The notes below the pieces were generated by a model. That model made no database searches, was not told where the DNA came from, and was given only the letters and a program-made list of their open reading frames with translations. Made by a program: the position numbers and the translations under genes. A stretch of DNA of 59,698 nt, counting the filler, from Squatina squatina (Eukaryota): the NCBI GenBank assembly GCA_031763465.1. It is 3 parts of 3 records of this genome, joined end to end, with 100 filler letters (N's around TTAATTAATTAA, not from the genome) between each part and the next. Parts side by side here need not be neighbours in the genome. Positions count along the whole stretch, not along the records: positions 1 to 21,222 come from JARFOE010000234.1; 2 more parts are not named here. One strand, written 5' to 3'. How positions within the stretch are numbered: position 1 is the first letter of the stretch; the number at the start of each line of letters is the position of its first letter. Shown piece by piece: positions 1-12,100 of the stretch.

Positions 1-332
1 CCAAACCTGGGATGTTGCCTATTTTGTCTTGCCACAAGCCCCTCTTCAATATCAGCAGGTCCCAAACCAGCAGTGGCAGGAATCTTGGAGAAACCTGCAC
101 CACATCCAAGATCCTAGATTAACACTGGCAATGGTAATGGAAAAACTGGTATTGCACACTATCTGAAGGCATGTGCGGGAACAGAAGTGAGGGAAAAATG
201 CACATAAAAAAACATAAATAAAAAATGCTGGCCTCTAATGCTCTTCTTGAAATCCTTTCTCGTTTCTGTGCTTTTTTGGACAATTTTAAAATTGTTAAAT
301 TAATGATGCTCAGCAGTTGGATGAAATATTTA

Positions 333-550
333 GAAGTCATTTTTACCCTCACCACCTGGGCAGTATTCCAGTGGATTGGATTGCCCGCCTATTGTAGAAA
401 ACCGCCCAATTTCCATTGCATTGGCGATTCGCTCTGCCAGGTTACTGCCCAGTCAATGAAGTTGAAAATGATCCCCGTTGGATGGTTCAACCACGGGCAG
501 GTCCACTCTGCCAGGTGACCGCCCAGGTGGTGAAGTTCGAATGACCCCCA
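333..550. mobile_element. MITE-like inverted-repeat element (one left arm, two right arms)
   Basis: Left arm gtcatttttaccctcaccacctgggcagta is an imperfect reverse complement of ttactgcccagtcaatgaagttgaaaatgatcccc (~443-476) and of gaccgcccaggtggtgaagttcgaatgacccc (~517-550); related to 36017-36205. Confidence 0.5.
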
Positions 551-1249
551 GTGTCTTCAGACAGAGTGGGGTATTTTAGTAAAGAGCCCTGACAAACTGT
601 AAAAAATAATATCTGTACTTGGTGTTGCACATTGATATTTTGAAAAACAAAGTGCGAGAAAATAATAATGGACAATGAGAAAGATTACAGTTTTTGCAGC
701 CAACATTTTTGACGTCAAGTTTTATGCTAGATTTGTGTGAAAATTATTTCCTTTGAGTAAGCCAGCAATAAACAAGTGCTGGTGCCACTGGGAAAGTGGG
801 ATGTGGAAGCTTCCTTCTCGTGTGGCCAGCTGCAGCTTGTGCCAGTTGCTTCCTTTGCCGACAGAACAGCAGTCTGTTTATTTTCACATGTGGCGTCATG
901 AGCCTTTATTTCAGAAGTTAAAACACATCTGAGTATTACAGCTAAGCTCCAAAGAACTGCAGGGCTTGTTTTGCCCAACTGTGTGCTTCCTCCAAGGTCA
1001 GGAAAACTACTGCAATGCCAAAAACTTACCAATACCCAGGGGCTAACGTGTGTATGCAGTCAGAATATCAGGCATGTGCTTATCTTCTTCAGAGAGGCTG
1101 TATACTGTTAACTAATTCTATTGGTTAACTGGTGATGTGATCTAAGTATNNNNNNNNNNNNNNNNNNNNNNNNNNNNNNNNNNNNNNNNNNNNNNNNNNN
1201 NNNNNNNNNNNNNNNNNNNNNNNNNNNNNNNNNNNNNNNNNNNNNNNNN

Positions 1250-1345
1250 TGTCAAGAAACATTGAATAGACTGGGGCTCTTTTCTCTCGAAGGCAAGGTG
1301 ACCTAATAGAGGTTTTTAAAATTATGAAGGAGCTTGATCATTTCT
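1250..1345 (+). mobile_element. CR1 LINE ORF2 C-terminal fragment
   Basis: Degenerate RLGLFSLE..GDLIEVFKIMK motif typical of the CR1 ORF2 C-terminus. Confidence 0.65.
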
Positions 1346-3578
1346 ACTTAATGCCAGAGTAGCAAAGCAAAATAAAATGGACAAGTTAGATAAAGTCTAA
1401 AGAAGTGGAAGACAGACTAATGGAAAACAACAAAATGCCTTTGGTAGAGTGCTAGAATTGTACTGAAAATAAAATGAATTCTGGCTTGTGGTGCAGTACA
1501 AGTGCCTCAAGCCATAATACTGTTCACATGTGTAACTTTAGGGAAACGTCTGCAAAACCTATAAATAATGTAAATATATCAAGGACCCTAGAGTTGGAAA
1601 GGAAACAGTACATAGAAGTTGTTCTACATTCCCAACTTTCAAACAATACAAAGGGAACCAGAGGCTATGCCAATTGAATAAAGCATAATCGGTAAGCCAT
1701 TAGTACCAGACAGTTAACCTAACAAGAAAACAGAAACGTTCTTGCTTTTATCCTGCAATGTTAATATCATAACATTATGTCAAGGTTATCTGTGAAAGAG
1801 GGTGCATTAAAAATCTGTTAATTTCAGATCCGTAAATGTAGCTCATTAGGTGTTCAGGGTACATTTTATTCTGATGAAATTAGAAATGGGCAATTTAACT
1901 GAAATTTTGCTAAGCTAAACGAAATGATCCAATAGTAAATTATCATAAAGTCAAGGATAACTGTGACTACATTCAATTTAATATCTGGCTGCTATTGATT
2001 CACAATTGATTTTTACTTGTTAGCCTATCTGAAGCTTTGGACTCATATTGCTCACCCCACTGAATTCAGCAATGCGTTCGATCAGTTCAGCCTGTTTACA
2101 GAATGAGGACTTGGCCAGAAACCTGCTAACCTGATTGATTTAAAAAGTCATCCTGAGTTGATCTTTGTTATTTCTTGACATTGAGAAATGTACATGTGAG
2201 CGCCCTTGAACAACCACCCTTGATACACTTAAACTAGGCGTCATAACAGAGGAAGAAGCACATCTGTGAAAACATGCTGCTGTNNNNNNNNNNTTTCATT
2301 AAACAAGCTCTTCAGAATCATCATATACTGAACTCTAATGAAGCCATTGTAAAGACGAAATTAAATCCATTAAAGATATCTGAATATTCCTTCTAATGTG
2401 GTGTAGCTTCCAATCAATCTATTTTTGTGCTATCAGAACATTATTAACTCATTTGACTTTTTTAAATATTGAAATAGTTGAATACTATAAAAGGACAAAA
2501 GCCATTTGCTTATTTGCTCACTATCTTTAGTTCATTCACTTGATAGCTGCAAACACAGAACATCGTCTCGACAATTGCCCAAATAATGTGCTTTAATGTT
2601 GTCCTGTAAACCATATGCCTTTCACCAACAAAAACTCTATCAAATAAGTAATTNNNNNNNNNNGTAATTAGACTGAATATTATACTGTCTTCAAAGATGT
2701 GATGCAATAGCGATTTGGAGTAATGCATGTTGAGCAGTATTCTTGGGGCTAAAAATCTGCAGTCACTCCAGCAGATGTTTGCCAGAATTGCCAGAAACTA
2801 AACCGGAACCTGCAAATGCCAGGGATTCATATTTGGCCTTGTTCGGATGGAGTCTCCACCTGCCTTTTTCAAGACCAGTAGTCTAAACGGTAGCCGGACT
2901 GGTGACGGTAATTCCAAAAGTTGGTGTTCCTACACCCTGGGCCTACGAATAGCCTGCCATATTGTCGGGGGCCGGGTGAGCGCAGGGTTACAAGCTAATC
3001 AACTGGGGCCCACCGGGGGGGTAGAGGGTGTTCAGGCCAGGATCACAGCCTGGACCCTCAAAGTTTATGAAAGAGCTCTTTTTGCATGGAGATCACAGGG
3101 GCACTTAAGATCTTCTCCAGAGGGGTGGGGAACCAACACCCACCCCAGCCCAGGACTCTTCGACTGAGTTTCTGGTCACTTCAGCAGATGAGGGGGTATG
3201 GGGGAGGGGGTGGTGTTCAGATCTGTCCCCAATTTATTGCAGCCATGTAATTCAGAAGACCTCCCCCATCCCTATCAACTTTGGCAGGATCAGTAACAGT
3301 GGTTGGAACAGGCGCATCTCAATACTTTTACTGAGTTTTTTTTAAATTTCATAATACTCTGTGAAGCACCTAGGGACATTTTATAAATATATAAATACAC
3401 AAGTTGTTATTGAGGTGCACCATCCTGCTGATTTTCAGGGCTGTGTCAATAATAGATAAAAGAGCTTGCTCGTGTAGTGCGAAACAGACCGGCAAGTCTG
3501 CGATTTGATCCAAAGTCTGTGCTCAGTAAGCTGACCAGCTAGCAGTAGTAGGAATACTACAATTGGTCTTAATGCCAA

Positions 3579-4098
3579 AAACAACAACAACTTGTAGTAA
3601 AACATCCCAAGGCACTTCACAGGAGCATTACCAAACAAAATCTGACACCAAGCCACAAAAGGAGATATTAGGGCGGATGACCAAAAGATTGGTCAGAGGT
3701 AGGATTTAAGCAGCATCTTAAAGGAGGAAAGAGAGGTTGAGAGGTTTAGGCAGGGAATTCCAGAGCTTAGGGCCGTGGCAGCTGAGGGTATGGCCGCCAA
3801 TGGTGGAGCGATTAAAATCAGCGATGCCAAAACTGGAGAAGGGCAGAGTTGAAAAAGGATAGAATGTTAAAATCGAGGCATTGCTGGACCGGGAGTAAAT
3901 GTAAGTCAGCGAGTACAGGGGTGATGGGTGAACAGGACATGGTGCGAGTTAGGATACAGGAAGCAGAGTTTTGGATGAGCTCAAGTTACAGAGGGCGCAA
4001 GATGGGAAGCCAGCCAGGAGAGCATTGGAATAGTTGAGTCTAGAGGTAACAAAGGCATGAATGAGGGCTTCAGCAGCAGATGAGCTGAGGCAGGGGCA
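3579..4098 (-). mobile_element. L2 LINE 3' fragment
   Basis: Reverse complement resembles 23490-24148 (LIHAFVTSRL / LIQNSA motifs, short TTG-repeat tail). Confidence 0.75.
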
Positions 4099-4639
4099 GA
4101 GCTCCTTTGGTTATGGAGGGAAGTGTATCACCCAGACCCATGCTACTGGTTGTTATCTAATGGACTCTACTGAAAAGTTGACATGTAGATGTTGAGTAAA
4201 TACAGGATTGGACTTAGATGTAATGTTTTCCATGATTGACTAACTTTCTAACGGTCAGTGTCTGGACTCACACATGAAGAGTTGCGCATCAGATAAGATA
4301 CCAGAGTGCTTCCAGCACTGATGGAACTGTAAACCAGCAAGAGTCAGGGCATTCAAAGGAGGTGAGATAAAAGAGAGGAAATTGGGCAAAAACTAACTAG
4401 CTGAGCGATCATCCAGAGCGCAGATATTATAATAGGCATTTCCTATTTAAAACTAATGGTGCTGCACACTGTTACACTTTTCGATCCTTACTTTAGATTT
4501 TCGGTTCCAATATCTCAGAATACTCTCTTAGATGAAACTCAATTCTCTAAGCATTCAGCTGTGTGTTTTCAATAACTTTGATATCTAAGTTACTTTTCAG
4601 TATTATTCCCAGAATAATGAACAGACTGCAATTCTCCTA

Positions 4640-4850
4640 TGTTCTGTCCAATATTTATCTCTCAATCAACATCACTAAACCAGATTATCTAGCCATTATC
4701 ACACTGTTGTTTGTGGGAGCTTGCTGTGTGCAAATTGGCTGCTGCGTTTCCTACATTACAACAATGACTGCACTTCAAAAGTATTTCATTGGCTGTAAAG
4801 TGCTTTGAAACATCCAGTGATCATGAAAGGCATTATATAAATGCAAGTCT
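4640..4850 (+). mobile_element. Deu-domain SINE (SacSINE1/AmnSINE1-like), 3' part
   Basis: Shares caacatcactaaa-cagattatct...cttgctgtgtgcaaattggctgc...tataaatgcaagt with copies at 45898 and 47950. Confidence 0.7.
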
Positions 4851-5847
4851 GTCTTTTTAATGCCTCTATAGGTCTCTCTCCCTTCTGCAATAATTAGTAG
4901 AGCATCACAGCATTAGATCTAGTTTTGAGTTTAAACAATAAAAAAAAATAATTTAACAAAAGATGACCAAATGAANNNNNNNNNNNNNNNNNNNNNNNNN
5001 NNNNNNNNNNNNNNNNNNNNNNNNNNNNNNNNNNNNNNNNNNNNNNNNNNNNNNNNNNNNNNNNNNNNNNNNNNNTTATTGCTTAATATATGAAACGAAT
5101 TCAGTGCTGGGGAGTTCACAATTGCTGCAAAGTTCAAAATTCAAAGGCAAATTGAATGAGGACCTGCTGTTATATAAAAGGCTTCAGTTTATAATCCATG
5201 CACAATGTAATTGAAAACATTCACAGAACCAAGTTACACTGTACAATGAATCAGTATTTATTTTCAGTAAAATGCCAATGCAGGTAGAATAATTATTCTC
5301 CATGTTATTTAGTCTATTTGATAAGTCAACATTGATTTCATTCATCAGTTTATGTTTTTATTCATTTTCTAATATTTTCTTGCCTGCCCTTTTCCATGTT
5401 ATAAATGTCACTTGAGTTGGGTCACACTGATTTACCCTCTGGGCAAGTGCATGGTTGGTTTCCCAATTAACGTGGCTGAGATTGGAAATATAGGAAATCA
5501 CAGGGGATCCCAAATCCTACCATTGAGTGGTGCATTACTTATTACATTAATGATTACATTTTGGTTTTATTTATAATACTTTTGAATGAGGCACATTAAT
5601 CAATAACAGCTTTATTTCCCTGGCCATATTACACAGCCTGCACTCGAGCTTCATTGGAACCTCACATGCTCAAGGACATACACTCCAACCTGTGTCAGTT
5701 TTAGGAGCAAGGATCCAGCAATCGGCCTTCCCTCTGAATTTACCATCTTCCTCCAATCCTTGCAGTGTAATTGGCATTTTGTTGTCACTGCTTCAATTTT
5801 GAGCCACGGTCCACACTTTTATTATTTGGAAATTAGAATTGGCTCTT

Positions 5848-6125
5848 CATAGAAACATAGAAAATAGGTTCAGGAGTAGGCCATTCGGCCCTTCGGGCCT
5901 GCTCCGCCATTCAATGTGATTATGGCAGATCATGCAACTCAGAACCCCATACTTGCTTTCTCGCCGATCCCTTTAGCATTAAGAAATATATCTATCTCCT
6001 TCTTGAATATATTTAATGATTTGGCCTCCACAGCCTTCTGTGGTGGAGAATTCCACAGGTTCACCACTCTCTGTGTGAAGAAACATCTCCTCATCTCAGT
6101 CCTAAATGGCCTACCCTGAGTTCTG
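5848..6125 (-). mobile_element. CR1 LINE 3' end
   Basis: catagaaacatagaaa tail plus 3' UTR (ggagtaggccattcggccc) is the reverse complement of the + strand CR1 ends at 30217-30300 and 35650-35740. Confidence 0.8.
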
Positions 6126-6169
6126 AGAACTCATCCAATAATTAAAATTTTTTTGTGTACTGTGATGAG

Positions 6170-9100
6170 CCTGATGGGAACCCTACTCTAACATTACTGG
6201 TGGCGAACTTTCCCTAACATTGCTGGTTGTGACCCTATTCCACATTGTTCCTGGTGATTCTATTCAAACATTACCGATGGTGAACATACACTAATATTAC
6301 TCGTAGTGATTATATACCAAATTTACTCTAACTCTACAATAACTTTGCTGGTGGTGACATTATACGAACATCACTTGGGGTGACTCTACTCAAATATTTC
6401 TGGTGGTTACTCTAATCAGACACTATTGCTGGTGAATCTACTATAACATTACTGGTGTTGACATTATTCCAACAATACTGGTGGTGACCCTACTCTAACA
6501 TTACTGGTGGGGACTCTGTTCTAACATTACTCATGGTGAATCTGTTCTAACATTACTCATGATGACTCTACTCTAACATTATTGATGGTGATTCTGTTCT
6601 TACATGACTGGTAGTGACTCTACTCTGACATTACTGGTGGTGATTCTGTTCTAACATTAATCATGATGATTCTACTCTAACATTATTGGTGGTGAATCTA
6701 CTCTAACACTGCAACTGATGATTCAATTCTACCATTACTGTGCTCACTACTCAAACACTACTGGGTTGTGACTCTATTCCAAAATTACTTGTGGTGACCC
6801 TGATCAAACAATATATGGTGACATCACTCTTGGGAAAACTGCATCAACAATATCGGCGTGAATCTCGTCCAACATTCCTTTGGTTATTCTACTCCAATCT
6901 TTCCGATGGTGAACGTAATCAAACATTATTGGTAGTAACCCTAGTCCAACAGCACTGAAGTTGATTCTACTTCTGTCATTACTGCTTGTTACCCTGCTCT
7001 ATCATTGCTGATGTTGACTCTACTCTACCATTAGTGGTGGTTACTCTCAGCCATATTGACTGGTGATGAACGGAATCTAATATTAATATTGGTGACACTA
7101 CTCTAACATAACTGCTGGTGACCGTTATCTCACATTCATCATTGTAACTCTACTCTAACATTATTAGTGGTGACGCTACTCATACATTACTGGTGAATAC
7201 ACCACTTTAACATTACTGGTGGTGACTCTACTCATACATTGCAGCTGGTGATTCTAAACTAACATTTCTGCTGCTGAACATAATCAAACAGTACTGTTGG
7301 TGACCCAACTGTTACATTGCCAGCGGTGACTACTCTAACATTATTTGCAATTATTTCATTCTAACGTTACTTCTGGTGACCCTAATCTAACAATAATGTA
7401 GGTGAACGTACTCTACGTTTTCTGGTGGTGACTCTATTCTAACATTGCTGGTGGTGACTTTACTCCAGCATTTAAAGGGGTGCCTCTCCACTACCATTAC
7501 TGGTGACTACGCTACTCTAACATTACTGGTGGTGACTCTGCTCTAACATTACTGATGATGAATTTACTCCTGCATTTAAAAGGGTGACTCTCCGCTAACA
7601 TTACTGGTGACTACGCTACTCTAACTTCACTGGTGGTGACTGGACTCTAACATTACTGGTGGTGAGTCTACGCGATCATTCATGTTAGTGACCCTAATCT
7701 ATCAGTCATGGTGGTGACCCTACTCTAACATTACTGGTGGTGACTCTAATCTAACACAACAGGTGGTGAATCTACTCTAACATTACTTGTGGTGACTCCA
7801 CTCTAACATTACTGGTAGTGAATCTACTCTAACATTAGTGGTGGTGACTCTACTCTAACATCACTGGTGGTGACTCTACTCTAACATTATTGTTGGTAAC
7901 TCAATTCTAACATTACTGGTGGTGATTCAACTCTAACATTCCTGGTGTAGACTCTACTCTAATATTACTGTTGGTGACTCTACTCTAACGTAACTGGTGG
8001 TGACTCTACTCAAACATTACTGGTGCTGAATCTACTCCAGCATTTAAAGGGGTGACTCTCCGCTTACATTACTGGTGACTACGCTACTCTATCATTACTG
8101 GTGGTGACTCTGCTCTAACATTACTGGTGGTGACACTACTGTAACATTACTGGTGACTACTCTAGTCTAACATTACTGATGCTGAATTTACTCCAGCATT
8201 TAAAGGGGTGATTCTCTGCAAACATTACTGATGGTGAATCTACTGTAACATTTCTGCGGGTGACCTTAAGCAAACCTTACTGCTAGTGGCCCGATTCTAA
8301 CATTGCTGGTGATGGATGTACTCAAACATTTCTACATGTGACACGACAGTCGCATTACTGGTGCTGATCTGACGCCAACTGTACTGCTGGTGATGCAACT
8401 CTAACATTACTTGTTGTGACCCTACACGAACATTAATTGTGGTGATATCCATCTAACATTACTGATGGTGACTCAACTTCGAATATCACTGTTGTGATCC
8501 TACTCTAACATTAATGGTGGTGACCAGAATCTAATGTTACTGGGGTGACTCTACTTCTAACAGTTCTGCTGGTGACACTACAATAAAATTGATGGTTGTG
8601 ACTAGACTGTAACATTACCTGCGGTTACTCTGACATTAATAGTGATGATGCGATGCTGTCATTGATGCGTGTAATACTACTCGAACATTACTGGTGGAGG
8701 CTCTCTCCGTACATTACTGGTGATGATTCTACTCTAACATCACTGCTGCTGACCATTCTCAAGAATTAATCTGATTGCTCTAAAGGCTCTGGTAGCGACT
8801 CTACTCTAACATTACTGGTGGTGAATGTACTCTACCATTGCAGGTGGTGAATCTACTCTAATATTGCTGGTGGTGAATCTACTCGATCTTTACTACTGCT
8901 GAATCTACTCGAACATTACTGGAGGTGACAATAATCTGGCACCAGTGGTACTGGTGTTGAACTTACTCTAAAATAGCTGTAGTTTATTCTCATCAATTAT
9001 TAGTGGCAGTGACACGAAACTAACATTACTGGTGGTGAATGCACTCTAACTTTACTGGTGGTGACTCTAATCTAACATTACTGATAGTGACTCTACTCTA

Positions 9101-12100
9101 AATTTACTGGTGGGGAGTCTACTGTAACATTACTAGTTGTGAACCGAACATTAATTATGGAGACACTACTCTAACCTTACTGTTGTTAACCCTAAACTAA
9201 TATATTTTATGGTGGATGTACACTGAGGTTCATGGTGGTAAATCTACTGTAAAGTAACTGTTGTTTATTCTCATCAATCATTTCTGTTGGTGATATGATT
9301 CTAACATTACTGGCAGTGAATCTACTTCTAACATTGCTGCTGTTGACTCCAATCTAACATTACTGGTTCTTAGTATGCTCTAACATTACTGATGGTGACT
9401 ATACTCTAACGTTATTGGTGTTGACTTCAGTCTAACAGTATTGGTTGTGACTCAACTCTAACATTACTGGTGGAGACCCACCTCTCAACACAATCGTCCT
9501 GAATCCAAATGAACCTTAATTGTGTTGACTCAACTCGATTTTACTGACGGTGATTCTACCTTTACAGTACTGGTGGTGACTCTCCTCTAACAATACTGAT
9601 GGTGCTTCTACTCGAACATGACTGGTGGCGAATCTACTCTAAAATTACTGATGGTGAGTCTATACTAACATTACTGGTTGTGACTAATCTAACATTACCA
9701 GTGCTGATTCTATTCTAACATTATTGGTGGTGACTCTACTCTAACATTAATAGTGCTGAGTCTACTCGAACATTACTGGTAGTGACTCTATTCTAACATT
9801 ACTGGTGGTGACTCGACTCGATCATTCCTGGTGGTGACTGGACTCCAACATTACTGGTGGTGAGTCTACTCGATCATTCATGGTTGTGACCCTACTCCAG
9901 CATTACTGGTGGTGACTCTAATCTAACATCACTGGTAGTTACTCGAGTCCAACAACACTGGTGATGACTCGTCGCGAACATTACTGGTGGTGACTCGACT
10001 TTAATAGTACTGGTGGTGACTCGACTTTAATAGTACTGGTGATGACGCGTCTCTAACATTACAGGTGGTGAATCTACTCCAACATTACTGATGGTGACCC
10101 GACTCGAACATCACTGGTGGTGACTCTACTCTAACTTCACTGGTGGTGACTGGACTCTAACATTACTGGTGGTGAGTCTACGCGATCATTCATGTTAGTG
10201 ACCCTAATCTATCAGTCATGGTGGTGACCCTACTCTAACATTACTGGTGGTGACTCTAATCTAACACAACAGGTGGTGAATCTACTCTAACATTACTTGT
10301 GGTGACTCCACTCTAACATTACTGGTAGTGAATCTACTCTAACATTAGTGGTGGTGACTCTACTCTAACATCACTGGTGGTGACTCTACTCTAACATTAT
10401 TGTTGGTAACTCAATTCTAACATTACTGGTGGTGATTCAACTCTAACATTCCTGGTGTAGACTCTACTCTAATATTACTGTTGGTGACTCTACTCTAACA
10501 TAACTGGTGGTGACTCTACACTAACATTACTGGTGGTGATTCTACTCTAACTTTACTGGTGGTGACTCGACTCTAACATTACTGTTGGTGACTCTACTCT
10601 AACTTTACTGGTGGTGACTCGACTCTAACATTACTGTTGGTGACTCTACTCGAACATTCCTGGTGTTGACTCTACTCTATCATTACTGCTGGTGACTCTA
10701 CTCTACCATTACTGTTGGTAACTCTACTCTAACATTCCTGGCAGTAACTCGACTCTAACATTACTGGTGGTGACTCTACTCTAAAATTACTGGTGGCGAC
10801 TCTACTTTAACATTACTGTTCGTAACTCTACGCTAAGATTCCTGGTGTTGTCTCTACTCTAACCTTACTGGAGGTAGCTCTACTCTAACATTACTGGCAG
10901 TGACTCTACGCTATCATTACTGGTGGTAAACCTCGTCTAACATTTTTTGGCGTGAATCTGCTTTTAACATTACTGGTGATGAACCTACTTTAACATCACT
11001 GATGCTGACTGTACTCTAGCATTACAGGTAGTGACCCACCTCTAAAATTACCAGTTGTGACTCTGCACTAAGATTACTGCTGGTGACTCGACTCTAACAT
11101 CACTGGTGGTGACCTGCTCTAATAGTAATAGAGGTGACTCTACGCTAACATTACTAGTTGTGAACCTAACATTAATTATGGATACACTACTCTAACATTA
11201 CTGCTTTTAACCCTAAACTACTATATTTTATGGTGGATGTACACTGAGGTTAACGGTGGTAAATCTACTGTAAAATAACTGGTATTTATTCTCATCAATC
11301 ATTTCTGTTGGTGACACTGTTCTAACATTACTGGTAGTGAATCTACTTCTAACATTGCTGCTGTTGACTCCAATCTAACATTATCGGTGCTTAATATGCA
11401 CTTACATTACTGATGGTGACTATACTCGAACGTTATTGGTGTTGACTTTAGTCTAACGGTATTGGTTGTGACTCAACTCTAACATTACTGGTGGAGACCC
11501 ACCTCTCAACTCAATTGTCGTGAATCCAAATGAACCTTAATTGTGTTGACTCAACTCGATTTTACTGGCGGTGATTCTACCTTTACAGTACTGGTGGTGA
11601 CTCTCCTCTAACATTACTGATGGTGCTTCTACTCGAACATTACTGATGGTGCTTCTACTCGAACATGACTGGTGGCGACTCTACTCTAAAATTACTGATG
11701 TTGAGTCTATACTAACATTACTGGTTGTGACTAATTTAACATTACTAGTGCTGATTCTATTCTAACATTATTGGTGGTGACTCTGCTCTAACATTAAAAG
11801 TGCTGAGTCTACTCTAACATTACTGGTGGTGAACCTACTGTACCATTACTGGTGGTGACTGGACTCCAGCATTATTGGTGGTGGGTCGACCCGATCATTC
11901 ATGGTGGTGACCTTACTCCAGCATTACTGGTTGTGACTCTAATCTAACATTACTGGTGGTGACTCTACTCTAACATCACTGGTGGTGACTCGAATCTAAC
12001 ATTACTGGTGGTGACTGGCCTCTAACATTACTGATGGTGACCGTACTCGAACATCACTGGTGGTGCCTCTATCCTAACATTACTGGTGGTGACTGGACTC

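Noticed and set aside
1029-1105. Minus-strand exon ending at TTG|GTAAGT
   Set aside because: All three frames contain stops between the nearest acceptor and the donor; no recognisable product.
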